Origin: a virus
Virus record (IMG/VR): IMGVR_UViG_3300017598_000441
Span: 1-64,000 of that record
DNA: 64,000 bases
Reading direction: 5' to 3' (one strand)
Under the pieces are notes generated by a model that ran no database searches, had not been told where the DNA came from, and saw only the letters and a program-made list of their open reading frames with translations. Position 1 is the stretch's first letter. Every line of letters begins with the position of its first letter. This document shows positions 1 to 9,624 of the stretch, piece by piece. Made by a program: the position numbers and the translations under genes.

Positions 1-361
1 AAAAGCATTAGAGTACAACGTTAAACTAGCGAGCAAAATAGATAATGAAATGGGCGACTTCAAGTATATAAGAAGAAGAAGCCAACTAGCTGAAAGTTAT
101 TATCACGGAACTTTAATCACATACAGAACCCTAGAGGCTTTGACAGGTCTTAATATATCGGAAGTTTTTACCCTTGCCAAATCTTTGATTTCAAAAGGTT
201 ATATAAATTTATGGAAAGTTATAAAGAAGTATAATATTCCTGTACTATCCGATGTTAAGACTTTAGCCTCTCAGCTAGGGATACATTCGTATTGCTATTC
301 GCAAAACGGTATGTTAGTGGCAGTTATGGGCACTGGTGTTAGAATCCTTAAAAGGAATTAA
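1..361 (+). CDS. hypothetical protein, probably 5'-truncated (frame open from position 2)
   Basis: The frame of ORF 50..361 has no stop back to the window start; no recognisable motif. Confidence 0.55.
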   Translation, partial: KALEYNVKLASKIDNEMGDFKYIRRRSQLAESYYHGTLITYRTLEALTGLNISEVFTLAKSLISKGYINLWKVIKKYNIPVLSDVKTLASQLGIHSYCYSQNGMLVAVMGTGVRILKRN

Positions 362-460
362 CTCTAAGGTTTTTACTATTTCATTAAATATCTTTTATTT
401 ATCCGATAATCTACAGGGAGAGCTGTATCAAACAATTAACTTAAAATACTAGAAAAATAA

Positions 461-493
461 TTTTGGTTAATAACAAAACTTTTTGTATCTTTA
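461..493 (+). promoter_or_regulatory. Bacteroidota-type promoter (-33 TTTG / -7 TATCTTTA variant)
   Basis: TTTTGG at 461 and TATCTTTA at 486-493; near-identical to the promoter at 59651. Confidence 0.7.
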
Positions 494-516
494 CAGAGTA
501 AAATAAAAACAAACTT

Positions 517-771
517 ATGACTACTAGGAAAGGTAGAGGGAAAAGAAAGCTTACAGAATTTGAACTGGGAGCCAACTACAGTGTAACTTGGGACTATAAG
601 AAGTATTATGTATGTAAACTTATAAAAGTTACTGCCAAGGGATATAATCTACTGATATTACAAGAGGACAGATGCCTACTACCTAACCACCTATATAAGG
701 CTAAAAATAATTCAGATAAACTTAAATTTTGGGTGCACGCTTATATGCACTCTACACCATTAAAAACTTAG
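517..771 (+). CDS. hypothetical protein
   Basis: 84-aa ORF directly after a promoter with an A-rich leader. Confidence 0.7.
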   Translation: MTTRKGRGKRKLTEFELGANYSVTWDYKKYYVCKLIKVTAKGYNLLILQEDRCLLPNHLYKAKNNSDKLKFWVHAYMHSTPLKT

Positions 772-775
772 ATAT

Positions 776-910
776 ATGCAAAAGTACTACCCAGAGGAGG
801 AAAGCCTCCTAGAAATTGTGGAGAACGTAAACACTCCAGAAAACGTGAGAGACCAAGCTCAGAAATCCTTGGATAAAATAAACGCAGAAAGAGAAGCAAA
901 TGGACATTAA
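776..910 (+). CDS. small hypothetical protein (44 aa, not in ORF track)
   Basis: ATG 776 to TAA 910, MQKYYPEEESLLEIVENVNTPENVRDQAQKSLDKINAEREANGH; fills the gap between neighbours. Confidence 0.55.
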   Translation: MQKYYPEEESLLEIVENVNTPENVRDQAQKSLDKINAEREANGH

Positions 911-1139
911 AACAACAACACCCGAAATAGTAGCTGTAGACCTAGAGGAGTGGTTTGCAGCTACTGCAGAAGCAAATGGACAACATACCTCTGTAGGCTA
1001 TGATAAGATATGTGCTACAAAAGCGGCAAATGTAGCAAGAGATAGCCACCCTATGTATATAGGAGAATTAAACCCTAACTGGAAATTCTGGGACGATGTG
1101 ATAACAGCAATAAACAAAGATGAAACACAAGAACAGTAA
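900..1139 (+). CDS. hypothetical protein
   Basis: 79-aa ORF, overlapping operon arrangement. Confidence 0.65.
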   Translation: MDIKTTTPEIVAVDLEEWFAATAEANGQHTSVGYDKICATKAANVARDSHPMYIGELNPNWKFWDDVITAINKDETQEQ

Positions 1140-1347
1140 ATGCTTAGGTTGTGGTAAGGATACGAAGTCCAAAAAGGCTATAGCTGTATCTAACCTAAAA
1201 AATGTTCTGGTATGCAAGAGATGCAATACCGACCTTATAAACTATGGACAACTAAACTATGGACAACTACTTTTAAAAGTAGTAGGAAAGAGAGGTGACT
1301 TTTTAGTTGTAGTTGCGGTGGATAGGGAACGGAGAGGTAATTTTTAA
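1120..1347 (+). CDS. hypothetical protein with CxxC...CxxC zinc ribbon
   Basis: CLGC and CKRC motifs. Confidence 0.65.
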   Translation: MKHKNSKCLGCGKDTKSKKAIAVSNLKNVLVCKRCNTDLINYGQLNYGQLLLKVVGKRGDFLVVVAVDRERRGNF

Positions 1348-1367
1348 AATCAAACAAATAATATTTT

Positions 1368-1550
1368 ATGAAACTGGCAAGAACAAAAAAAGTAAGATTA
1401 TTGGTAGGGTGTAGAGTCTGGTGCTCTGGTTTCGGTATAGTAAGTAGAGCTAAAGGTATGTACAGCGGTGGATACACAATATGGATGTTTGGAATTAAAT
1501 ACATTGTAGGATTAGAGATAGAACATTCTTGGGGAGACTTTGATAATTGA
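1368..1550 (+). CDS. hypothetical protein
   Basis: 60-aa ORF in the same orientation as neighbours. Confidence 0.5.
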   Translation: MKLARTKKVRLLVGCRVWCSGFGIVSRAKGMYSGGYTIWMFGIKYIVGLEIEHSWGDFDN

Positions 1551-1612
1551 CTACTAATCCAACACTCACTAGGAGGTAAGTTTTTACACATAATACCTTA
1601 CAGCCCCTAAAA

Positions 1613-1644
1613 TTTGTAACACACCATTAATTTATGTACCTTTG
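1613..1644 (+). promoter_or_regulatory. Bacteroidota-type promoter of the head operon
   Basis: TTTG 1613-1616, 20-nt spacer, TACCTTTG 1637-1644. Confidence 0.7.
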
Positions 1645-1677
1645 TGCAAGTCTTATAGTTAGGCTTGCACTTTTATT
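1644..1677 (+). terminator. intrinsic terminator overlapping the portal promoter
   Basis: GTGCAAGTCT-7 nt-AGGCTTGCAC followed by TTTTATT. Confidence 0.6.
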
Positions 1678-1688
1678 ATACCTAAGAT

Positions 1689-4046
1689 ATGTTTGAAAAA
1701 ATAAAGAAGAAAATACACGAATTTACTAAAACTCCAGAGGTTCAAGTAAAACCTGTGGATACCAAACAAGTAGATAAGCAGAATTTCGAGACTTCACCCA
1801 AAGGGGGGAAAAGAGAAACTGCACCTAGTGAATTAATAAGCTACGGAGGTATTCTTAGAGAAAGTTCAATATCTCCAGACTATCCTGTTGAGTATGTAAA
1901 AGCTATTCGACACCTTTGTATGTGGAATCCAGACTTTTCCTTAGCGTTGGAGAATGTGGTTACTCTATCCAACACACCTTTTGAAATAACCATACCAGAG
2001 GGAGGTAAGAAAAGCTTAGTAAAAGAGTTGTATGAGATAGGGGATTCTTGGTATAAAAACTCGGGAGGAATAAACTCCCTAAGAAACGACTTGCTTACTC
2101 AATTAGTAATTACAGGGGCAATATCCGCTGAGATAGTACCAAACAGTAAATTAGATGGGGTCAGTAAGACTGTGATGGTATCTACTGAGAATATTGTTTT
2201 TAAGTATGATAGAGAGGAAGAGGAGTATATGCCTTATCAAACTAATAGAGGTACTGAGGATATAAAACTAAATACCAACACTTACAAATATTCTGCTTTT
2301 AGGAGACTTTCGGAGAAACCTTATGCAGTCCCTATGTTTTTATCTGCCTTGGATAACACGGCTATAGAGAAGGATATGGTATCTAGTATAAGGGAGGTTG
2401 TAAAAACTTTAGGTCTAGCAGGATTTATGGAAGTACTACTATCCGCACCCCCTAAGAGACCTGCAAAAGGAGGTAAACCTGCAGAGACCCAAAAAGAATA
2501 CTCTATGAGATTATCTGGGCTACTTATGGAAGCTGAGACTGAGATAAAGAAAGGTTTAGGTAATGGTTACATGATTGGTTTTGAAGGTCAGCATAAGTTT
2601 GAGATGAAGGCGACTAATGCTAACATGGGGGGAGCAGAAAAACTTATGCAAATCAATACGGAGATGAAACACGCAGGTTTGAAACAATCTCCATCTTTGT
2701 TAGGTAGAAACTATAGTACTACTGAGACCTTAGGTAGGGTAGTATTAACTATTTTGACATCACAAGTACAGAACTACCAACAGACGGTAGATAAGTTCTT
2801 ATCCGAAGCCTATTCACTACATTTAGAATTAAAAACAGGTAAAAGGTATAAGGTTAAGGTAACTAGCCAGAAACCTATGATTAATGATGAGGAATCCGAC
2901 CAGAATGCCTTTTCTACTAAAATAGACAATCACATAAAGTTATATAATCAAGGTATAATTAGCCAAGAGCAGTTTGCACAAGGTGTAGGTTATGTATCTG
3001 CACATTTGCCAGAACCTATAGCCGAAGAAATACCTAAAGCAGAATCTAAAGTGGAGGTAAAGCAAAACAGTCTGGTGGCTATGTACAACTCTAAATTTGA
3101 AAATTACCCAGACTTTAAGTTTTACTATGATAAAGCAGAAAACTCTAAAAAGTATATACAAGACTTCGAGGACGAAAAAGATAAGTTGATATTCAAAGAG
3201 CTTACTAAATACCTAAAAGCTACGCACAAAAACTACGATAAAGCACTAGACTCTGTAATAAGAGAATTAGCTAAAACACTATCTAAAGGTAAGAACACGG
3301 AGGCTATAACACTCAATAAAGTTTATCTTACTCTGTTTGGAAATTGGGAATCTAGCTTTTCTGTACCCCAAGTAGAGATAACAAAAGAACGTGTACAGAA
3401 CTCCTATAAACTTTTCAGAACAGATAAAGGTATATTCAATGTAAAGAAAAAAGGTAGTAAAGTTCCAGAGGCAGTTTTCAACACCACGGACTTTAGGACT
3501 ATAGCCTATATGCAAGATATGGATGCAGTATATTTAGGTAAATTCATATCAGATGACCACACTATTAAACAGATAACTAGATTTGTCCAAGAGACATTTT
3601 TAGAAGATGCTAATGCCTTGCGTAGTAATGCAGCAATAGATAAGTTCACAAAACAGTTTAAAGGGGTGTTGAAAGGTGTCAGTTGGAAGATTGACCAAGT
3701 ACTAGCCACCACGGTAAGCAGAATGAGGTATAATGCCAGTATGTTATATTATTCGCAAGCTAAAGTGGTAAACTATACTAGACTAGGTATTTCAGATAGG
3801 TTGCAATGTAGATACTGTGCTAGTATGGATGGAAAAACTTTTAAGGTATCAATACCTGTAAAACGTATTAAGAAAAATGTACAAACTAGCGTGGAGAGTG
3901 TAAAAGAGGTGCAACCGTTTATAACAACAGTATTTCCAGACCCCGCAGATGTAGAAGCTCTAACCAGTGCAGAATTACAAGCAAAAGGAGTAGAAGCTGT
4001 ACCCTCCCACCCACATTGTAGATGTACGAATGTGGCTGATATATAA
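1689..4046 (+). CDS. portal protein fused to a C-terminal Mu gpF/SPP1 gp7-like minor head domain
   Basis: First gene of the head module with a portal-sized N-terminal region; C-terminal CRYC...DG and HPHCRC motifs typical of MuF domains. Confidence 0.75.
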   Translation: MFEKIKKKIHEFTKTPEVQVKPVDTKQVDKQNFETSPKGGKRETAPSELISYGGILRESSISPDYPVEYVKAIRHLCMWNPDFSLALENVVTLSNTPFEITIPEGGKKSLVKELYEIGDSWYKNSGGINSLRNDLLTQLVITGAISAEIVPNSKLDGVSKTVMVSTENIVFKYDREEEEYMPYQTNRGTEDIKLNTNTYKYSAFRRLSEKPYAVPMFLSALDNTAIEKDMVSSIREVVKTLGLAGFMEVLLSAPPKRPAKGGKPAETQKEYSMRLSGLLMEAETEIKKGLGNGYMIGFEGQHKFEMKATNANMGGAEKLMQINTEMKHAGLKQSPSLLGRNYSTTETLGRVVLTILTSQVQNYQQTVDKFLSEAYSLHLELKTGKRYKVKVTSQKPMINDEESDQNAFSTKIDNHIKLYNQGIISQEQFAQGVGYVSAHLPEPIAEEIPKAESKVEVKQNSLVAMYNSKFENYPDFKFYYDKAENSKKYIQDFEDEKDKLIFKELTKYLKATHKNYDKALDSVIRELAKTLSKGKNTEAITLNKVYLTLFGNWESSFSVPQVEITKERVQNSYKLFRTDKGIFNVKKKGSKVPEAVFNTTDFRTIAYMQDMDAVYLGKFISDDHTIKQITRFVQETFLEDANALRSNAAIDKFTKQFKGVLKGVSWKIDQVLATTVSRMRYNASMLYYSQAKVVNYTRLGISDRLQCRYCASMDGKTFKVSIPVKRIKKNVQTSVESVKEVQPFITTVFPDPADVEALTSAELQAKGVEAVPSHPHCRCTNVADI

Positions 4047-4050
4047 GATA

Positions 4051-4083
4051 TTTTGGAAAATCCAAATTAATGTACTACATTTG
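4051..4083 (+). promoter_or_regulatory. Bacteroidota-type promoter
   Basis: TTTTGG 4051 and TACATTTG 4076-4083. Confidence 0.7.
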
Positions 4084-4101
4084 TAAAAAATTGCTAAAAC
4101 T

Positions 4102-5766
4102 ATGAAAGGATATAAATATAGGTCTATTTTAGAATATACTGCATCTACAGGAGAATTAAGTGTAAAAAATACTATTCGTATTGACAATGCAGGCAGAGGT
4201 ATGAAAATACCTAACCAAGAATCTTATGAAGTTATGCGAGAACAATACGCAGCAACTATGGGAAGTAAAATTAATTTTGCAGGTACTTTGCAAGATGGTT
4301 CGGCTGAGGAGAATACACCAAAAGACGAAGACTTTGTAAGAGTACCTTTTAGGTTACTTTCAGCAGCTATTGTAGGAGCAGGTACATGGAGAGCTACGGA
4401 TTTCCGTAATGAGAAGGTACTAAAAGCATCTAGAAAACTTCTGGACAGACAACCTGTTTATAAAAATCATAGTACATATACTATAGACAACGCAATAGGT
4501 ATTATTACAAAACCTGTTTGGCAAGATAGTTACCAAGACGATAAAGGTAATACTATTCCTGCAGGAATAAATGGGGTTGTAAATATAGATATGAAAATTG
4601 CTCCAAAGATTGCAAGAAATGTAGTTACTGGGGCTATACATTCTGAATCTGTTTCAGTTATGTTTGACTGGAAACCATCTCACGAATTTGAGGATGAGTG
4701 GGGTTTCTACGATAATTTAGGTAAGGTGGTAGATAAAAAAATGGTGACTAGGCAAGTTACCAAAATACATGACTACTTTGAATCAAGCTTAGTATTCTTA
4801 GGAGCTGACCCCTACGCAAAGAAACTAGATGAAGATGGTAAAATAATAAACCCAGACTCTACAGCTATCTACGATGATGACAATGTTTTCAGCAAAGAGA
4901 GCTATACAAAAAAAGAATCTTGGAACGCATCTTGCTCAGTAGATGGTAAGGTTTGCGTATTTAATGACGAACTCAAATTTTTCAAATCATTTTCAAAACC
5001 AAAAAGCATGGACCCAAAAGTAATGGTAGCACTGGTAGCCTTATTAGGCTTGGCAGAAAACACACAAATAACAGAAGAACATATAGCTAAATTAAAACTA
5101 TCGGACACCTCCGAAGAGGAAGGTGGGGGAAGCAAAGAATTACTTGAAAAGGTAGCTGAATTTGCAAAGGTAGCACTAGGGGATGAAAACACCTCCGACA
5201 ATGAAGCGATTGAGATAATGCTAAACAAAGGCAAAATTATCACAGAGGAGCAAGAAACTACTGCAAAAAAGGATTTGGAAGCCTTTACAAAAGAATTGGA
5301 AGATTTGAAAGCAAGAGCTGAAAAATCTACTGAGGATTTTGCAACGTTAGAAGCTGAAAATGCAGAATTAAAAGAATCTTTCGGTAAGTCTGAAAAAACT
5401 GTTGAAACTTTAACCTCAGATAAAGTTGCACTAGATGCAAAAATTGCTGAGTTAGAGCCAGAAGCAGAAGTAGGTAGAAACTACACAGACAAAAAGAAAG
5501 AAGAGGTTATCTCACTCTACAAACTTGCAACAGGCGAAAACGCAGATGAGGCTGTATTAGGTCTTATGGGCAAAGCCAATAGTGAGGAACTTAACGGACT
5601 TCTTAAACAATATGTATCGAAAGCTACAGAACGTTTTGGAGGTAAATGCAGTAGCTGTGATTCTACTGAGTTTGTATTCCAAAGTTCTGTAGTAGAAGAG
5701 GTAGAAACACATTCAGATAAAATAAATACTTTTGCAGCATTTCGTGAGAGATTTGTAGAAGACTAA
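4102..5766 (+). CDS. prohead maturation protease / scaffold protein
   Basis: Lies between portal and capsid; protease-like N-terminus (KNH, SVS, ESSLVFLGADP) and acidic coiled-coil C-terminus. Confidence 0.7.
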   Translation: MKGYKYRSILEYTASTGELSVKNTIRIDNAGRGMKIPNQESYEVMREQYAATMGSKINFAGTLQDGSAEENTPKDEDFVRVPFRLLSAAIVGAGTWRATDFRNEKVLKASRKLLDRQPVYKNHSTYTIDNAIGIITKPVWQDSYQDDKGNTIPAGINGVVNIDMKIAPKIARNVVTGAIHSESVSVMFDWKPSHEFEDEWGFYDNLGKVVDKKMVTRQVTKIHDYFESSLVFLGADPYAKKLDEDGKIINPDSTAIYDDDNVFSKESYTKKESWNASCSVDGKVCVFNDELKFFKSFSKPKSMDPKVMVALVALLGLAENTQITEEHIAKLKLSDTSEEEGGGSKELLEKVAEFAKVALGDENTSDNEAIEIMLNKGKIITEEQETTAKKDLEAFTKELEDLKARAEKSTEDFATLEAENAELKESFGKSEKTVETLTSDKVALDAKIAELEPEAEVGRNYTDKKKEEVISLYKLATGENADEAVLGLMGKANSEELNGLLKQYVSKATERFGGKCSSCDSTEFVFQSSVVEEVETHSDKINTFAAFRERFVED

Positions 5767-5830
5767 TATAAAAAATATGTTAATTTCCAAATAATAGATA
5801 AGATTTTTGGAAATTAACATATTTTTTATA
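5767..5830. repeat. perfect 25-bp inverted repeat with 14-nt spacer
   Basis: TATAAAAAATATGTTAATTTCCAAA (5767-5791) / TTTGGAAATTAACATATTTTTTATA (5806-5830). Confidence 0.9.
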
Positions 5831-5836
5831 CCTTTG
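5806..5836 (+). promoter_or_regulatory. Bacteroidota-type promoter of decoration/capsid genes
   Basis: TTTG 5806-5809 and TACCTTTG 5829-5836. Confidence 0.7.
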
Positions 5837-5866
5837 TAAAAATTATAATCTTAAAAACCCAAAATT

Positions 5867-6319
5867 ATGGCAAAGCCTCCATACAATTTTATGCACGAAT
5901 TAGGTTTCGGTGCTACGACTGTTGTAAGTATTGATGATAGTCAAGGTTCAGTAGATGTTTCTTTCACTATTAATGAAGAAGTGCCTCTTGGAACCCCTGT
6001 AAAAGTTACGGGAGATAATACAGTAGGAAAAGTAACAGCTGCAACAGATATGCCGATTGGCATTGTGCTTAACACCGAAACAAAATCGGATAGAATTATA
6101 GCTGTTGTAAAAACTCAATTCATGGCAATCAAAAGAGCTGAGGCTACTGGAGGTGCTGTTGTTGCAGGAGACAAACTCAATGCTGTAGAATTAAACGCTA
6201 CGTCTGAACTCTTCAAATACAATACTGCAGGTACTAATAAGTCTGCGGTTGCCCTAGTTGGAGGTGCTGACACAGAAGAAATTATAGTAGGTGTTCTTAA
6301 AAGCTCTTACGCAGTATAA
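5867..6319 (+). CDS. capsid decoration/cement protein
   Basis: 150-aa, beta-rich G/V/A protein immediately upstream of the major capsid gene. Confidence 0.65.
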   Translation: MAKPPYNFMHELGFGATTVVSIDDSQGSVDVSFTINEEVPLGTPVKVTGDNTVGKVTAATDMPIGIVLNTETKSDRIIAVVKTQFMAIKRAEATGGAVVAGDKLNAVELNATSELFKYNTAGTNKSAVALVGGADTEEIIVGVLKSSYAV

Positions 6320-6343
6320 ACCTCAAAACTGAAAAACCGAATT

Positions 6344-7564
6344 ATGAAAGACTTTAAAGAAATCCAAAAGAACGCAGAGGAGTTCTCAAAGGAGATTAAA
6401 AACAACGGAGGTAGAGCGTATAAGCAAAGCTTCCAAACGGAGCAACACGCAACACTTAGAAATAAGTTGGCAGCGGATGTTGAAACTGTAGTAGAGAGCT
6501 ACCGTTCTTTACGCAAAGGAGACAAAGATAATGCACCTATAATGATGAACTTCGGTGACTTCATTAAAGAGACTTATGGTTTCGAGACTACTCCGAAAGG
6601 AGGTTTTGACCAGTATCTTCTTGCATTAGGAATCAACCCTAAGCACCACTCTATTCAGCACTTGACTTCTATGTCTGATGCACGTAAAGCAGGAATCTGG
6701 TTAGTTCCCGAAGTTATCACAGAAGCAGTAAGATTAGGTATGGAGGCGAACAGTCTTGCAAACTTAATTACTGGTGTGAAAAGTATCACTAGCCCAACCC
6801 TTGATGTTCCGCATATCAACATGGCAGATTCTATGCCTAAGCGAATGGGAGAGGCTGAGAGATTTTCTAGAGGTTCTATTTCTTACGGAAATAAACAAGT
6901 AACTTCTGAAAAAATTGGCATGGGTATTTCTATCTCGGACGAGGTTAGAAAATACACTTCTATTGATTTACTTGCTGCAGAACTTGAAGATGTAGGACGT
7001 TGGATTAATATAGGCAAAAACGCATTCCTTATTGAAGTTCTATTGAACGGAGAACAGGCAAGTGGAGATTATGCTGCACCTACTGTAGGAGTTGGAACTA
7101 TAGGTTCATTTGCGTATAAAGATTTGAAGCGTGTTATTACTCGCATGAAGAATCTACAGCGTGCTCCACAAAGTATGTTATCTAGTGAAGATACTGAAAT
7201 TGATATTTCTTTACTTCCAGAGATTGTAGGCCTTTTAGGAGGAGTTCAACTTTTAGGGTTAAACCCACAAAAATCTGACCCTAGAGTCCTTAACACTTAT
7301 TCGCACGGTCTTATGAGTGAGGACCAGTTAATGATGATTGATAACCGAGCTTCTGTTCAACAATTATCTGTAGCACCTTTAGCTATTGAGAATGAGAGAG
7401 ATGCAAGCCGTCAAGTAAACAATCTTTACATCTCGGAAACATTAGGCTATTACAAACTTAAAAGAGATGCTTCGGTAATCTTAGACAAGTCTTTGGATTT
7501 TGCTGCAAATGGGTTCCCAGAGTATATGAACTTAGCTAAATTTCAGTTAAATAAATTCAAGTAA
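6344..7564 (+). CDS. major capsid protein (HK97 fold)
   Basis: 406 aa; WLVPEVI, GEAE and KIGMGISISDE motifs; position in the head module. Confidence 0.85.
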   Translation: MKDFKEIQKNAEEFSKEIKNNGGRAYKQSFQTEQHATLRNKLAADVETVVESYRSLRKGDKDNAPIMMNFGDFIKETYGFETTPKGGFDQYLLALGINPKHHSIQHLTSMSDARKAGIWLVPEVITEAVRLGMEANSLANLITGVKSITSPTLDVPHINMADSMPKRMGEAERFSRGSISYGNKQVTSEKIGMGISISDEVRKYTSIDLLAAELEDVGRWINIGKNAFLIEVLLNGEQASGDYAAPTVGVGTIGSFAYKDLKRVITRMKNLQRAPQSMLSSEDTEIDISLLPEIVGLLGGVQLLGLNPQKSDPRVLNTYSHGLMSEDQLMMIDNRASVQQLSVAPLAIENERDASRQVNNLYISETLGYYKLKRDASVILDKSLDFAANGFPEYMNLAKFQLNKFK

Positions 7565-7591
7565 GATATTTAATTTCTTAAAACGTAACAA

Positions 7592-8026
7592 ATGAAAAAA
7601 GTATATGTAAAACTTAGAGATGCAGGCGGTTCTTTTACCGATGCCTCTCTAGGTATTAAATTAGGTGGAGCTGAAAATGTTCCTGTACTAACTGAGAAAA
7701 CCAACAGGATTGAGCACGCTATCAGATACAGAGCTTTGTTAGAAGTTGATGAGAAGCAGGCTAAATCTGAGATTGCAGCTGCAGAAAAGGTAAGAAAAGC
7801 CAATAATAAAGTTGCAAAAAAAGCTGTGAAGAGTACAGATAAAAAAGCTGAGGAACCTACTAAGGAGACAAAAGCTGAGGATTCTGGAAATATAGTTGCT
7901 AACCTATTGGAGGAGGGTAATTACCAAAAAATGTGGGATTATGCTAAAGAGTGTGGTGAAACATACAAAAAGAACCCTTCAAAAGAGGATTTGGAAAAAT
8001 TCCTAACCAGTAAACTTGAAAAGTAA
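7592..8026 (+). CDS. hypothetical head-associated protein
   Basis: Follows the capsid gene; K/A/E-rich linker and small helical C-terminus. Confidence 0.6.
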   Translation: MKKVYVKLRDAGGSFTDASLGIKLGGAENVPVLTEKTNRIEHAIRYRALLEVDEKQAKSEIAAAEKVRKANNKVAKKAVKSTDKKAEEPTKETKAEDSGNIVANLLEEGNYQKMWDYAKECGETYKKNPSKEDLEKFLTSKLEK

Positions 8027-8052
8027 GCATTTATAAACTACTCTTGAAATTA

Positions 8053-8094
8053 AAAAATGCCCTGCTAGGCTAACAGTCTGGGCAGGGCATTTTT
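8053..8094 (+). terminator. intrinsic terminator after the capsid operon
   Basis: AAAAATGCCCTGC...GCAGGGCATTTTT. Confidence 0.85.
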
Positions 8095-8106
8095 ACATTA
8101 AAAAAT

Positions 8107-9177
8107 ATGGCAGATATTACATTATTTTCGATAGGAGGGGTACAAGGTACTATTACAGTGAACGATATTGCTGTAGAGTTGCCTTATGGTACTATTTCAG
8201 ATATTACCGAAGCCATTGCAGAATTTGCAGGAAATTTTTCTACTATAACGGTAGGTGCAATCCCACAGATTACAGGAGTAACTGTAAATGATTTCACAAA
8301 CCCTGTAGATTATATAGTTTCGGACGATGGAATAAATTTTGTAACTTATACTGTAACTGTTACAATATTGCCGAATACCGAGAATGATATAATCACTTTT
8401 GAACTGCCTGTACTGGAAGCGAAAGGGATAGTAAATCTGGCAAATAATACGGTGGAACTGCAAGTTACCGAAGGCGTAGATTTATCTGCTGTAGAGGTAG
8501 CTTTTGAGGTTTCAGATAATGCCACTTCTAGTTTTGCAACAGGTTCTATACAAGATATAACTAACAGTTTACCGTTTACCGTAACTTCTGAAAGTGGGGA
8601 TGCAGCTAACTACTTGATAACTGCTTTAACTGCACCAGACCACGCAGACAGTAGTTATACAGTATATAAAATGGTATTACTAAGACTACCTTTTTTAGAG
8701 GATACTGCAGGAAATATGGGTATGCTAAGTCAGATAACTTTGGAGGTTATGTATGAACTAGAGCCCTGTTTTCAGATAGGTGCAACAGTAGAACCTTATG
8801 ATATTAATAGAGTGGGGAAGGAAGTTTATTACGATGTATATAAACGTAGTATAATTGCCGACATTGTAAGTATTGCAATACTAACCCAACAGGCTTTAAT
8901 AACAGTAGCAGGAAGTAAGCAGACAGAAGAACATATTGAACCTACTACTAAATTTGTGAAAGAAGGTGTGGCAGGTTCAGTAGAGGTAGTATTCGAGCAA
9001 CTTTCTATCAAAGATTCAGCGGTACTTGCATTAGATGCAAAGTCTCTAATAAACAAACTCCAAGAAGATGCACACAGAAAAATGCAAAAACTGGGATGCA
9101 GTTATTATATTGAGGAGTGTGAAGATGATAAGTATGTAGGATTTATAGCAAGTGGGAGGGCGTTATGGCATCACTAA
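8107..9177 (+). CDS. head-tail adaptor with two N-terminal Ig-like (DUF5018-like) repeats
   Basis: Repeats with ELPYGT, NDFTNPVDYIV and FTVTSESG; C-terminal half is adaptor-like (VKEGVAGSVEVVF); adaptor position. Confidence 0.6.
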   Translation: MADITLFSIGGVQGTITVNDIAVELPYGTISDITEAIAEFAGNFSTITVGAIPQITGVTVNDFTNPVDYIVSDDGINFVTYTVTVTILPNTENDIITFELPVLEAKGIVNLANNTVELQVTEGVDLSAVEVAFEVSDNATSSFATGSIQDITNSLPFTVTSESGDAANYLITALTAPDHADSSYTVYKMVLLRLPFLEDTAGNMGMLSQITLEVMYELEPCFQIGATVEPYDINRVGKEVYYDVYKRSIIADIVSIAILTQQALITVAGSKQTEEHIEPTTKFVKEGVAGSVEVVFEQLSIKDSAVLALDAKSLINKLQEDAHRKMQKLGCSYYIEECEDDKYVGFIASGRALWHH

Positions 9178-9608
9178 TATCAGAGGTAGAAAAGGAGGAG
9201 ATTAGAGCTGTATTAAGAGATGTTACAGATACGTTTTTTGTAACTCCTGTAATTTATTATTTGGCAGAAACCAAACTAGCCAGATTTCAAGAGGACGATA
9301 ATTTTGCAGAGTATGTGGAGCACACCCTATCCGCATTAGTTGAATATAAAGAATCGGAGGGTGTTAAATTCTCTATGCAAGGGGCTATAGATAAATCTGT
9401 TGTCAAGGTAACTTTAAATGTGGAGGATTTGATAGATTTAGGGTTGTATGAAAATACTAACCATACTGTACCTTTTAAGGCTGAGAAAGATTACATGAAA
9501 ATAAATAATCTAAGATATAAGGTAAAACACATAAACTTTGATGGACCACTGGATAGACAGAATATACTTGTAATCATACAGGGGGAACAAGTAATAGGAG
9601 TCTCCTAG
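9165..9608 (+). CDS. head closure protein
   Basis: Size, position and a KDYMKINNLRYKVK beta motif. Confidence 0.55.
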   Translation: MASLISEVEKEEIRAVLRDVTDTFFVTPVIYYLAETKLARFQEDDNFAEYVEHTLSALVEYKESEGVKFSMQGAIDKSVVKVTLNVEDLIDLGLYENTNHTVPFKAEKDYMKINNLRYKVKHINFDGPLDRQNILVIIQGEQVIGVS

Positions 9609-9624
9609 CTTATAGGAGTGTATT

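Noticed and set aside
1240-1269. 15-bp tandem duplication AACTATGGACAACTA
   Set aside because: Only two in-frame copies in a small ORF; likely simple slippage.
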